From the NCBI GenBank assembly GCA_963713825.1, contig CAVQNG010000004.1:160001-224000 (forward strand): DNA of 64,000 nt, given 5' to 3'. The position numbers were made by a program, and so were the translations under genes. Under the pieces are notes generated by a model that saw nothing but the letters and a program-made list of their open reading frames with translations, was not told where the DNA came from and searched no databases. This document shows, one piece after another, positions 49,881-58,810 of the stretch. The DNA is from an uncultured Acidobacteriota bacterium. Lineage in GTDB: Bacteria > Acidobacteriota > Thermoanaerobaculia > Multivoradales > JAHEKO01. How positions within the stretch are numbered: the first letter of the stretch is position 1; the number at the start of each line of letters is the position of its first letter.

Positions 49881-50438
49881 TCAGGCCTCGATAGAAGTGT
49901 CCCGCTTCAATAGACCTGGTGCGAACCGAACGAAGTACTCGGCGCCGGAATAGAGACTCGCCAACATCGCCGCCCAGAGAGACAAGGGGGCCAGATGCTC
50001 GAACTCACCCAGCTGGTTGTAGACGATCAGCAACGAGATGGCGACGATCTGCATAACGGTCTTGAGCTTGGCCGATTGAATCGCACCCAGAACGATGTTT
50101 TCCGAAGCGGCGAGGCTGCGGAGAGACGAGACCGCGAACTCTCTGGCGATGATCACGACGACCATCCACGCCGGAGTCAACTCGGGATTCATCTCGACCA
50201 AAGAGATGAATGCCGCCGAGGTGAGAATCTTGTCGGCCGCTGGGTCCAGGAGTTTGCCAAGCTTGGTGACCAGCTTCTTGCGCCTGGCGATGAACCCATC
50301 CAGGAAGTCCGTCAGAGAGGCTACCCAGAAGACCGCCAACCCGACGAACTCCTTGCCGTCGAACTTGGTGAGCAGCACGGCCACCAGAAGCGGCACGAGG
50401 AGAATCCGAAACAGGGACAGCAAGTTCGGTACATTCAG
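49881..50438 (-). CDS. pgsA: CDP-diacylglycerol--glycerol-3-phosphate 3-phosphatidyltransferase (probable CTG start)
   Basis: TDFLDGFIAR...GKLLDPAADK, IAREF, KLKT; N-terminus (L/M)NVPNLLSLFR. Confidence 0.88.
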   Translation of the reverse strand: MNVPNLLSLFRILLVPLLVAVLLTKFDGKEFVGLAVFWVASLTDFLDGFIARRKKLVTKLGKLLDPAADKILTSAAFISLVEMNPELTPAWMVVVIIAREFAVSSLRSLAASENIVLGAIQSAKLKTVMQIVAISLLIVYNQLGEFEHLAPLSLWAAMLASLYSGAEYFVRFAPGLLKRDTSIEA

Positions 50439-50509
50439 GGCGTGACGGTAGTCTGAGATCGGAATGGATCAGCCCCCCGGAAAAGAGAACCCCTGGTGGA
50501 GACGGCGGT

Positions 50510-51160
50510 TCAGCGATCGCCCACCGGAGTCGTCGTCATTACATACCGACCGTCGGGACCGCGGCTCAAATAGGTCTTGCGGCCTACCCGCACGCTCGGC
50601 GAGCCACTCAGCGCGAATCCGGGCTCGTCCCGATAGAGTCGTATCACTTTCTCCACGTACGAGCGCGTCTCTGGGTAGGGTGGGATTCCACCGTACCGAT
50701 TCACCGCTTCTGGGCCCGCATTGTAACCCGACAGAGCGAGTTCCAGATTGCCGTTGAACAAATCGAGCATTCGGCTCAGGTATTGCGTCCCACCGCTGAC
50801 GTTCTGCTCGGCGTCATATGGATCGTCCACCGCCAGCTCACGAGCGGTACCCGGCATGAGCTGCATAAGCCCCATCGCGCCCTTGTTGGACAGGGCCATC
50901 GTCTGACCGCCCGATTCGACCTGGATGACAGCTCGGACCAGGTCGGGGTCCAGAGAGCGCATCGCAGCGTACTTGGCGACCAGGGACTCCAATTCTTCGG
51001 AAGAGCTCGAAACGGCGGCTCGTGGTGGCCCGTAGGTGCGCCGCCGCCTGCCTTCGTTGTACATCACCCGGGTCCCGTCCTCGAGGACCTTGAGCTTGAC
51101 CTCCGCTGCCACGGGGAACGACACCAAAGCGATCGCCAACCAGAGGCTACAGACTTTCAT
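50510..51160 (-). CDS. Soluble lytic transglycosylase (SLT domain)
   Basis: AVIQVES, SNKGAMGLMQLMP, YNAG, PPYPET; signal peptide. Confidence 0.93.
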   Translation of the reverse strand: MKVCSLWLAIALVSFPVAAEVKLKVLEDGTRVMYNEGRRRRTYGPPRAAVSSSSEELESLVAKYAAMRSLDPDLVRAVIQVESGGQTMALSNKGAMGLMQLMPGTARELAVDDPYDAEQNVSGGTQYLSRMLDLFNGNLELALSGYNAGPEAVNRYGGIPPYPETRSYVEKVIRLYRDEPGFALSGSPSVRVGRKTYLSRGPDGRYVMTTTPVGDR

Positions 51161-51256
51161 TCCATCACCAGAGTCGGACCAATTCAGTTCCGAGTCTAGA
51201 AAGAAACACGCGACGGCTCAATGCGAAGCTTCACTCGCCTCGAATCAGCCGGGAGT

Positions 51257-53926
51257 CTAGAGCTGATTTCGAACGAGATCTGCAACGGCGTCCAGGGCCT
51301 CTGGCAGCTTTTCCGGGTGTTTGCCGCCGGCCTGAGCGAAATCCCCCCGGCCTCCGCCATTGCCCCCAACCATCTCGGCGATGGCCTTGGCCAGATTTCC
51401 AGCGTGGACCCGGCCCTCGAGGTCACTCGTGACCGCGACGATCAGGGTGACTTTGGATTCCTCCCGACTGCCGAGAACCACGACCCCGGAGCCCAGCTTC
51501 TGCCGCAGGATGTCGGCCATGTTCCTCATCTCGCCGACAGGGGCGGAAGGAACTTCCTTCACCATCACCTTGACCCCATCGACCTCCTGCTCCTGGGCGG
51601 TCTCGCTGCCGGACACCAACTTCATCCTGAGCCGCGCCAGCTCCTTCTCGAGCTCGCGCCGCTGCTCTCTCCACTCGGCGATCTCACCCCCTGCCTGCTC
51701 CGCCGGAACACCGAGCTCGATTTCTACGTCTCTCAGAGAGGACCGTTGACTGCGTACCAGCTCGAGGGCACCTTCACCGGTCAAAGCCTCGATTCTGCGC
51801 ACGCCCGAGGCGATTCCACGCTCTCCGGTAATCATCAGAAGACCGATCTCACCGGTGTTGGCGACGTGACAGCCGCCGCAAAGCTCCAGACTGTCAACGA
51901 CCTCGCCAGCCTCCAGCGCCAGGCCAGGCACTTCGACGGTCCGGACGGTCTCACCGTACTTCTCTCCAAACAGCGCCATGGCACCTGCATCCAGAGCCTC
52001 CTGCTGCGGCCGATCCGGTGTGATCACCGTCGGTTCCGCCTGCAGGATCCATCGATTCACCAGGTCTTCGACCCGCCGCATTTCGTCGGGAGTTGGAGCC
52101 CGGTGAAGTGTGTAGTCGAATCGCAGCCGGTCAGGAGCCACCAGCGAGCCGGCCTGGTGGACCGAGTCACCGAAGACCTGCCGAAGAGCGCGGTGAAGCA
52201 GATGAGTGGCGGTGTGATTACGTTGCGTTGGCAGACGCCAGGCACTGTCCACCTCGGCCGTGACCGTGTCGCCGCGTCCCAAGCCTGCCGCCGTGACTTC
52301 CACGAAGTGCACCCAGACCTCAGCCGGGTCTTTCTGCGTGTCGAGGACCAGCGCTTCGCCGCCTTCCCACTGCAAGCTTCCCCGGTCGCCCACCTCCCCC
52401 CCCGACTCGGCATAGAAAGGAGTGCGGTCGAGGATGGCGACACCCCGTTCGCCCTTCTCGAGCCTCTCAACCGGCTCATAGCGCTTGTCGGCCTCGCGGG
52501 CCAGGCTGACGACACCGGCCTTCTCAATGCGTCGAGAGTCGTAGCCTGCGAATTCAGTTTTGGCCTGCTCGTCGGCATGTACGGCTTGCCGCACCGCCGC
52601 CATCCGCTCCTGTCCCTCACCGACGGCCTCGCGGGATCGGCGGCGTTGGCCTTCCAGCTCTGCCTTGAAACCCGCTTCGTCGATCTTCAACTGCTCTTCT
52701 TCGGCGATCTCCCGGATCAGCTCGATGGGTAGTCCGTAGGTATCGTAGAAGCGAAAGACCGCGTCGCCCGGGAGCTCGGAGCCCCCTTCATGGCGCACGG
52801 CATCGATGGTCTCCTGAACCTGCCGGGACGCCGACGCGATCGTCGACAGGAACTTCTCCTCTTCCGTCGAGACGGTGGCGACCGAAGCCTGCTGCGCCCG
52901 CTGCAGCTCTGGATAGTGGTTCCCCATGACCTCGTCCACGAGAGGCAGCAATCGATTGAGAAACGGTTCCTCGAAACCCAGAACCATGCCGTGACGCACG
53001 GCGCGTCGCAGAATCCTGCGCAGCACATAGCCACGCCCCTCGTTGCCCGGAATCACCCCGTCGGCGAGCAGAAACGTCACGGCGCGAAGGTGGTCTGCGA
53101 TGACGCGATAGGAGACATCGGCTTCAGGATCTCGACCGTACTCTCCTGCGGCCAGGCTCGCGGTGGCCTGCAGAATCGGCATGAAGAGGTCTGTGTCGTA
53201 GTTGGACTCGACCCCTTGCAGGACGGCCGCGACGCGCTCCAGGCCGGCGCCGGTATCGATCGAGGGTTTGGGCAGAGGATTCATGACCCCCGATTCGTCC
53301 CGCTCGAACTGCATGAAGACCAGGTTCCAGATCTCGAGATAACGCCCGCTCTCGCTGCCCACTTCCCAGTCGATCCGAGGCAGATCCGGTCGAGTGTCGA
53401 CGAAGATCTCGCTGCAGGGTCCGCAGGGTCCCGTTTCACCCATGGCCCAGAAGTTGTCCTTCTTGCCACAGCGCAGGATGCGGTCCGCGGGCAGGCCGGA
53501 GATCTTCCTCCACAGCTCTGCCGCTTCGTCGTCCTCCTCGTAGACCGTGGCCGTCAGGTGCTCTGTCGGGATTCCCCAGACCCGGGTCACGAGGTCCCAT
53601 CCGAAGTCGATCGCATCGTCCTTGAAGTAGTCGCCGAAGGAGAAATTGCCCAGCATTTCAAAGAACGTGTGGTGGCGCGGGCTTGGGCCCACGTTCTCGA
53701 GATCGTTGTGCTTGCCGGAGACCCGCATGCACTTCTGAACGCTCACGGCGCGCTGGTTGGCTGGCTTGTCGAGCCCGAGGAAGAAGTCCTTGAACGGGAC
53801 CATCCCGGCGTTGGTGAAGAGCAGGGTCGGATCACCGTGCGGCACCAGCGGTGCGCTCGGATAGTGTTTGTGACCTCGCTCCTCGAAGAAGTCGACGAAA
53901 CTCTGGCGAATTTGCTTGCTGTTCAT
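51257..53926 (-). CDS. alaS: Alanine--tRNA ligase
   Basis: LLFTNAGM, HHTFFEMLGNFSFGDYFK, EIWNLVF, NHTATH, ELCGGCH, GGGR...AQAGG. Confidence 0.97.
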   Translation of the reverse strand: MNSKQIRQSFVDFFEERGHKHYPSAPLVPHGDPTLLFTNAGMVPFKDFFLGLDKPANQRAVSVQKCMRVSGKHNDLENVGPSPRHHTFFEMLGNFSFGDYFKDDAIDFGWDLVTRVWGIPTEHLTATVYEEDDEAAELWRKISGLPADRILRCGKKDNFWAMGETGPCGPCSEIFVDTRPDLPRIDWEVGSESGRYLEIWNLVFMQFERDESGVMNPLPKPSIDTGAGLERVAAVLQGVESNYDTDLFMPILQATASLAAGEYGRDPEADVSYRVIADHLRAVTFLLADGVIPGNEGRGYVLRRILRRAVRHGMVLGFEEPFLNRLLPLVDEVMGNHYPELQRAQQASVATVSTEEEKFLSTIASASRQVQETIDAVRHEGGSELPGDAVFRFYDTYGLPIELIREIAEEEQLKIDEAGFKAELEGQRRRSREAVGEGQERMAAVRQAVHADEQAKTEFAGYDSRRIEKAGVVSLAREADKRYEPVERLEKGERGVAILDRTPFYAESGGEVGDRGSLQWEGGEALVLDTQKDPAEVWVHFVEVTAAGLGRGDTVTAEVDSAWRLPTQRNHTATHLLHRALRQVFGDSVHQAGSLVAPDRLRFDYTLHRAPTPDEMRRVEDLVNRWILQAEPTVITPDRPQQEALDAGAMALFGEKYGETVRTVEVPGLALEAGEVVDSLELCGGCHVANTGEIGLLMITGERGIASGVRRIEALTGEGALELVRSQRSSLRDVEIELGVPAEQAGGEIAEWREQRRELEKELARLRMKLVSGSETAQEQEVDGVKVMVKEVPSAPVGEMRNMADILRQKLGSGVVVLGSREESKVTLIVAVTSDLEGRVHAGNLAKAIAEMVGGNGGGRGDFAQAGGKHPEKLPEALDAVADLVRNQL

Positions 53927-54095
53927 GACTGCGAACACCTGAAAAGTCATGCGGGGCTTGTCGGTTAGGAGATTGTAGCGGAGCGCAGCGCCTTCACGCC
54001 CGCGCAAGGCCGTCACGATAGCACGATCGAGGTCCCTACCCCCCACCCGACCTGGGACTTGGGTCCTGGGTCCTGAAGGAACGACAACAAGATCT

Positions 54096-54166
54096 TGGAG
54101 GTCGGTCGGGGTGGCCCGCAGGGGGACGGCGACGGCTACTCGGACTGCCATGGACGGGCCTCTACA
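54096..54166 (+). repeat. REP-like palindromic element, copy A
   Basis: GGGTGGCCCGCAGGGGGACGGCGACGGCTACTCGGACTGCCATGGACGGGCC closely matches the reverse complement of 55007-55059; its end reads TGTAGAGGCCCGTCC on the minus strand. Confidence 0.65.
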
Positions 54167-54208
54167 CGACAGCACTTTGAAGATCGGACGAACACTGAAG
54201 ACTAGAGC

Positions 54209-54610
54209 TCAACGAAACACGACACCTAGCAGCCCCAACAGCCAGATGATGGTGAACAGCAGTGCCAGGAAAATAACGAACTCGATCAAGACATACACGA
54301 TCCGAGTTCCTGAAACCGTCTGATTCTGAGTCTTCTGATCAATCGAGATCCTGGCCCTCTTGATGAGAGGAATCGCGCCGAATCCCTCGACGAGAGCCTC
54401 ACCTGCAACCCAAACCAGCGGCGCCAAGAAGACGTACAGCAGCCACCCGCTGAATGATCTCGGTATCAGTCCATGGATGAGGACGAGAAACAGACCGAAC
54501 GCCGCCCACAGGACCAAGAAGAATATGACGGCTCCTCCACCGTCGATCAGCCGGTCGAGTAAGCGCCAATGACGCGGCCGCTCTGTAGGAACAAGGCTCT
54601 CGTCCGACAT
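54209..54610 (-). CDS. Hypothetical small membrane protein (about 3 TMs)
   Basis: ATG after GAAGAGG; three hydrophobic segments; no recognisable family. Confidence 0.6.
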   Translation of the reverse strand: MSDESLVPTERPRHWRLLDRLIDGGGAVIFFLVLWAAFGLFLVLIHGLIPRSFSGWLLYVFLAPLVWVAGEALVEGFGAIPLIKRARISIDQKTQNQTVSGTRIVYVLIEFVIFLALLFTIIWLLGLLGVVFR

Positions 54611-54707
54611 AGCCTCTTCAGTCTCGGTCCTCTGGCCACAAAAGGAAGAGATCGAGCCCACCCCAGAGAGCGGCAATTGCGAACGAGGCCAGAATTCCCT
54701 TCCACGG

Positions 54708-54806
54708 TCACTCGAAGATCGCAACGCCGATGCCGACAACCAAGGCCACGACAAGGGCAGCCGCTGCCACTGCGAGTTCCAACGTGCCTTCATCCCAACG
54801 AGACAT
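54708..54806 (-). CDS. Putative 32-aa single-TM microprotein MSRWDEGTLELAVAAAALVVALVVGIGVAIFE
   Basis: SD AAGGA before ATG; uninterrupted hydrophobic helix. Confidence 0.4.
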   Translation of the reverse strand: MSRWDEGTLELAVAAAALVVALVVGIGVAIFE

Positions 54807-54897
54807 GGCTTCCTTTGAGGGACTGTAACACTGCCGTAGTCGGAGCCCACCTAGACAGAGCCGGATCCTACCCCCCGCCCAAACCGATTTCTCACGG

Positions 54898-55077
54898 CGG
54901 TGACAGAGGCTCGTCCGGGTGGTTCGACAGGGGGCGCCTCGCCGAGCGCAGCGCAAGGTCCACAAGAGGAAACAAGAGATGAGGCGCGATGACGAGACGA
55001 GGCGGCGGCCCGTCCGTCAAAGTCCGAATAGCCGCCGCCGTCCCCCTGCGAACCACCCGGACGGGCCTCTGGCACCG
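54898..55077. repeat. 180-bp element bounded by ~36-bp inverted repeats (REPIN/MITE-like)
   Basis: 54898-54934 vs the reverse complement of 55042-55077: 2 mismatches and 1 bulge; no clear target-site duplication. Confidence 0.65.
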
Positions 55078-55089
55078 ATCAAGGCTATA

Positions 55090-55118
55090 GGGGCGTAGGG
55101 GCTTAAGGGCGTAGGGGG
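55090..55118 (+). repeat. 8-bp-period G-tract repeat / G-quadruplex motif
   Basis: GGGG-cgta-GGGG-cttaa-GGG-cgta-GGGGG; shares the 15-mer GGGGCGTAGGGGCTT with 47251-47265. Confidence 0.55.
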
Positions 55119-55307
55119 TGAGTAAGTAGTCGGAATTTTGGTGTGTCTTGAGGGTGGTAGATCGGGCCATGGGTCTCCCTCGTCGGAGGGGCATGGTCGG
55201 GTGAGGCCGCAGACGAGGGAGATCCCTGGTTCGATCGGCCGTCTCAAACCCCAAGCCCCCAAGGATCGGCTGGAGCAAGCGACAGCCGCCTCAAACCCCA
55301 AGCCCTC

Positions 55308-55334
55308 AAAGAACGCCCGGCGGAGAGCCGGGCG
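55308..55334 (-). terminator. Intrinsic terminator after recX
   Basis: 8-bp stem CGCCCGGC/GCCGGGCG with a 5-nt loop, followed by TTCTTT on the minus strand, 2 nt after the stop. Confidence 0.7.
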
Positions 55335-55336
55335 CC

Positions 55337-55795
55337 TCAACCCTCTGTTTCGATCTCGTCGAGAATCGTCAGGATGACGCCCATCGAGAAGCCGCGGCGC
55401 TCGAGGTAGCGGCCGGCCGCGGCTCTGTCGCCAAAGCCCTTCGAGCGCTTCTCTAGGGCCCGCCTAGCTCCTGCGAGCTCATCGCCCGTGCTCCCGTAGA
55501 CCGCTGCCACCGCTGCTTCGGCGATCTCCGCCTCCACGCCCTTGCGCTCCAGCTCTGCACGGATGCGGCGGGGCCCATAGCCCTTGCGCGCCAAGGGTCC
55601 TGTCGCCATCTCGATGGCGAATCGCCGATCGTCGAGCCAACCACGGGACTCGAGCTTCTGCAGGGTCTCCTCGACCTCTTGGTCGCTGAAGCTTCGGGCC
55701 GTCAGCTTGCGCGCCAGCTCGGCCTTGAAATGAGGACGCTGCGCCAGAAGACGCAGCGCTTTGTCTTGGCACTTCTCAGCAGGTGTACTCGCCAG
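55337..55795 (-). CDS. recX: Regulatory protein RecX (probable CTG start)
   Basis: In-frame extension gives DKALRLLAQRPHFKAELARKL...GWLDDRRFA...GYGPRRIRAELERKGV...YLERRGF. Confidence 0.88.
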   Translation of the reverse strand: MASTPAEKCQDKALRLLAQRPHFKAELARKLTARSFSDQEVEETLQKLESRGWLDDRRFAIEMATGPLARKGYGPRRIRAELERKGVEAEIAEAAVAAVYGSTGDELAGARRALEKRSKGFGDRAAAGRYLERRGFSMGVILTILDEIETEG

Positions 55796-55832
55796 GGTTA
55801 CCCACCTCGGAAAACAACAATAATCACTCGGG

Positions 55833-57002
55833 TCAGGTCTGATCGATCTCGAACGGCGACTCGGCCGCCATCATTCCAGTGTCTTCGATCTCGAGCGTCG
55901 ATTCCATCTGCTCGCGGGCGACGTCGGCCGTGAACTGAACTCCCTGGACCTTGAGCTTGAACTCGTCCGGGTTGGTGGAGCGCCGCAGCGCCTCGTCCAA
56001 CGTGATCAGGCCGGACTTGTACAGCTGGTAGAGCGATTGGTCGAAGGTCTGCATGCCGTACTGACTGGTGCCGAGCGAGATCTGCTCACGAATGTACTTG
56101 GTGCGCTCCTTGTTCTCGATGCACTCCCTGATGTACGGCGTGGCGATCATCACTTCGACCGCCGGGACTCGGCCCGTGCCGTCGGCTCGCGGCACCAGAC
56201 GCATGGATATCGCGGCACGAAGGACTTGCGCCAGCTGGATCCGAATCTGCTTCTGCTGATGCGGTGGGAACACGGAGATGATTCGATTGATCGTCTCGGT
56301 AGCGTCCAGAGTGTGCAGCGTCGAGAGTACGAGATGCCCGGTTTCGGCCGCCAGCAGCGCTGTTTCAATGGTCTCGTAGTCGCGCATCTCACCAACCAGA
56401 ATGACATCTGGGTCCTGACGGAGGGCGACGCGCATGGCCTGTGGGAAGCCCAACGTGTCGACCTCGACTTCGCGTTGATTGACGATCGACTTCTTGTCCC
56501 GGTGCAGGAACTCGATGGGATCCTCGATCGTGATGATGTGCTCGAGCCGGTTGGCGTTGATGTGGTCGATGATGCCAGCCAACGTGGTCGACTTACCCGA
56601 GCCGGTGGTTCCGGTACAGAGAATCAGGCCGCGCCGCTCGAGGCAGAGCTTCTCGAGCACCTTCGGCAGCAGCAGCTCCCGAAGCGTCTTGATGCGAGCC
56701 GGAATGACACGCAGGACCAGGCCGACGGATCCCCGCTGTTGGAACACGTTGCAGCGGAATCGGCCAAGGCCCGGCACCGAGTAGGCGATATCGATCTCGA
56801 ACTCTTCCTTGAAGCGCTGTTTCTGCCGCGCGTTCATGATCGAGAACGCCATCGCCACCGTGTCTTCCTGCATCAGGCGCTTGAACTCGGTGAGGGGCTG
56901 CAGCTCACCGTCGACCCGAACCACCGGGTGGCTACCCACCTTCAGATGGAGGTCGGATGCGTCGCGCTCGATCGCGAACTTGAGCAGATCATTGAGATTC
57001 AT
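55833..57002 (-). CDS. pilT: Type IV pilus retraction ATPase PilT/PilU family
   Basis: ASDLHL, GTTGSGKST, TIEDPIE, LRQDPDVILVGEMRD, STLHT, GMQTFDQ. Confidence 0.93.
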   Translation of the reverse strand: MNLNDLLKFAIERDASDLHLKVGSHPVVRVDGELQPLTEFKRLMQEDTVAMAFSIMNARQKQRFKEEFEIDIAYSVPGLGRFRCNVFQQRGSVGLVLRVIPARIKTLRELLLPKVLEKLCLERRGLILCTGTTGSGKSTTLAGIIDHINANRLEHIITIEDPIEFLHRDKKSIVNQREVEVDTLGFPQAMRVALRQDPDVILVGEMRDYETIETALLAAETGHLVLSTLHTLDATETINRIISVFPPHQQKQIRIQLAQVLRAAISMRLVPRADGTGRVPAVEVMIATPYIRECIENKERTKYIREQISLGTSQYGMQTFDQSLYQLYKSGLITLDEALRRSTNPDEFKLKVQGVQFTADVAREQMESTLEIEDTGMMAAESPFEIDQT

Positions 57003-57148
57003 GGTGTTGCTCCTTCAAGTCGCCTGGGTATCGAATCGATGACTCCAGATGCGGCAATCGGCCGAGAACTCTTTCGGAAAAGGGTAGCGACCGCCTGGAA
57101 GGGTGTCAATCGAACCAGTTACACCCTTCCCAGCTACGCCCACGCCGG

Positions 57149-57862
57149 CTAACCAGTGCGATGGCTAGAAGCCAGCAGGAGGGCGCCGCCGACCACCGCG
57201 GCGGTCTCAGTGCGCAGGATACGGGGCCCCAGGGTCAACGACAGGCATCCCAGCACTTTCATGTCCTCGATCTCCCTTTCCTCCCACCCTCCTTCAGGGC
57301 CTACCAGCAAACTTGCCGACCCGAAAACACTGATCCTCTCCCGGGTGTCCGCCTCCGGGTCCAGGGTCCAGGTCGTCTCGGACTCGGCGGTCAATGCCGC
57401 CAACTCGTGCCAGTCGTGGACGCCTGAGATCTCCGGCACCAGCGATCGATGCGACTGCATCACGGCGGCCGACGCGACTCGCCGCAACCGCTCCAAAGTG
57501 CCCGGCCCACAGCTTCGAGGACCTCTGCCCGATCGAATGAGACGAATCGCGCTGACGCCAATCTCCGTACTCTTCTCGACCAACCAGGTCAGCCGCTGGG
57601 GCTTCGGAGGTACAACCAGCAGCTCCAGCCAGATCACCGGTTCATTGGCCGGCGCCTCTTCGGCCAGTTCCAGATGTCCGGCGAGCCGGTCGATCCGTGT
57701 CACTCGCGCCCACCTCGCTCGACCGCGACCATCGACCACGCGCAACAGATCACCGACTTTCTGCCGCCGGGCCCTGAAGAGATGCGTGTACCGATCGCCC
57801 TCGATCTCTACGACTTCGGCCTGGTCAAATTCCTCGGGTGATAGGAGAACTGTTGTCGTCAT
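57149..57862 (-). CDS. rsmE: 16S rRNA m3U1498 methyltransferase
   Basis: EKSTEIGV, VGPEGG, LGPRILRTETA. Confidence 0.93.
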   Translation of the reverse strand: MTTTVLLSPEEFDQAEVVEIEGDRYTHLFRARRQKVGDLLRVVDGRGRARWARVTRIDRLAGHLELAEEAPANEPVIWLELLVVPPKPQRLTWLVEKSTEIGVSAIRLIRSGRGPRSCGPGTLERLRRVASAAVMQSHRSLVPEISGVHDWHELAALTAESETTWTLDPEADTRERISVFGSASLLVGPEGGWEEREIEDMKVLGCLSLTLGPRILRTETAAVVGGALLLASSHRTG

Positions 57863-58725
57863 GCCGCCTTCTCCATCCAACATGCCATCCAGTCGCCTGC
57901 CAGGCGCGACCGCTTCTCCACCATCCCCAGGTCCGCCAGCTCTCGAAGGTACGCTCCGCGTTGCTCCGCTAGCAGACCTGAAACGACCATTTCACCTTCC
58001 GGAGGCAGGAGAGCGACAATCGATTCGAGAAAATCGCGGATCCTCTCCGGCAAGACGTTGACCAGCGCCAGGTCGAACTGCTGCGTCGACCGAAGGCACT
58101 CCACCGTTCCAGCCACAAGACGAGGGGCCAGCCGATTCAGATGGCAGTTCTCGAGGGCCGCCAGGGCAGCGGCCGGATCGATATCCACTCCAACGACCTC
58201 CGTTGCGCCCAAGACCAGTGCAACAAAGGCCAGGATCCCTGTCCCGGTTCCCACGTCGAGTACCCTCGCGCCTTCCAGGCTGCGCCCCTCCATCAGCTCG
58301 ACTGCCAATTGAGTGGACTCGTGACTACCAGTTCCAAAAGCCGAGCGGGCCGGGATTTGCAGTAGGACACGTTCAAAAGGGGGTTCGGTAGAGGTCTCTT
58401 CGGGCTCCCGCGGATCGACCAGAAATCGCTGGCCAATCGCTAGCGGACGGCTCTGTCGACGGTACTCCGCCAGCCAGTCTGCAGCAGGAACCATCTCCAC
58501 CTTGTCGAGCCGAGCGCCCGGCCACCCGGCCGAGCTTTCGATGCACTGTTGGACTTCCGATGAGAGAGGCGGCACGAAATAGGCCAGAAGCTGAGGCTTA
58601 CCGGGCTCGGTCGCTGGGACCGCCTCCAGTCCAAGAGTACCGAGCGTCCACAGCTCCGCGACCAGTCGCTCCTCCGACTCGTCTGTGAGCGTGAATCGTA
58701 GGCAAAGGTAGTCAGCCACTGTCAC
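57859..58725 (-). CDS. prmA: Ribosomal protein L11 methyltransferase
   Basis: AFGTGSHEST, VLDVGTGTGIL, GVDID, VSGLL; dnaJ-prmA-rsmE synteny. Confidence 0.92.
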   Translation of the reverse strand: MTVADYLCLRFTLTDESEERLVAELWTLGTLGLEAVPATEPGKPQLLAYFVPPLSSEVQQCIESSAGWPGARLDKVEMVPAADWLAEYRRQSRPLAIGQRFLVDPREPEETSTEPPFERVLLQIPARSAFGTGSHESTQLAVELMEGRSLEGARVLDVGTGTGILAFVALVLGATEVVGVDIDPAAALAALENCHLNRLAPRLVAGTVECLRSTQQFDLALVNVLPERIRDFLESIVALLPPEGEMVVSGLLAEQRGAYLRELADLGMVEKRSRLAGDWMACWMEKAA

Positions 58726-58810
58726 CAGTCAGGCCCCACGCAATCCTCTTCGCCCCTGCGGCTGCGGCGAGGCCATTGGGCTCGACGTCAGCGACGCCGG
58801 ACTGCCGGAA

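Noticed and set aside
53951-54175. N-terminal extension of AlaS
   Set aside because: Runs through a TACAAT promoter element (53972-53977) and repeat DNA; homology begins at MNSKQIR.
54050-55340. CRISPR array or integron cassette array
   Set aside because: The repeats are few, inverted and irregularly spaced; no cas or integrase gene, and no clear attC RYYYAAC/GTTRRRY ends.
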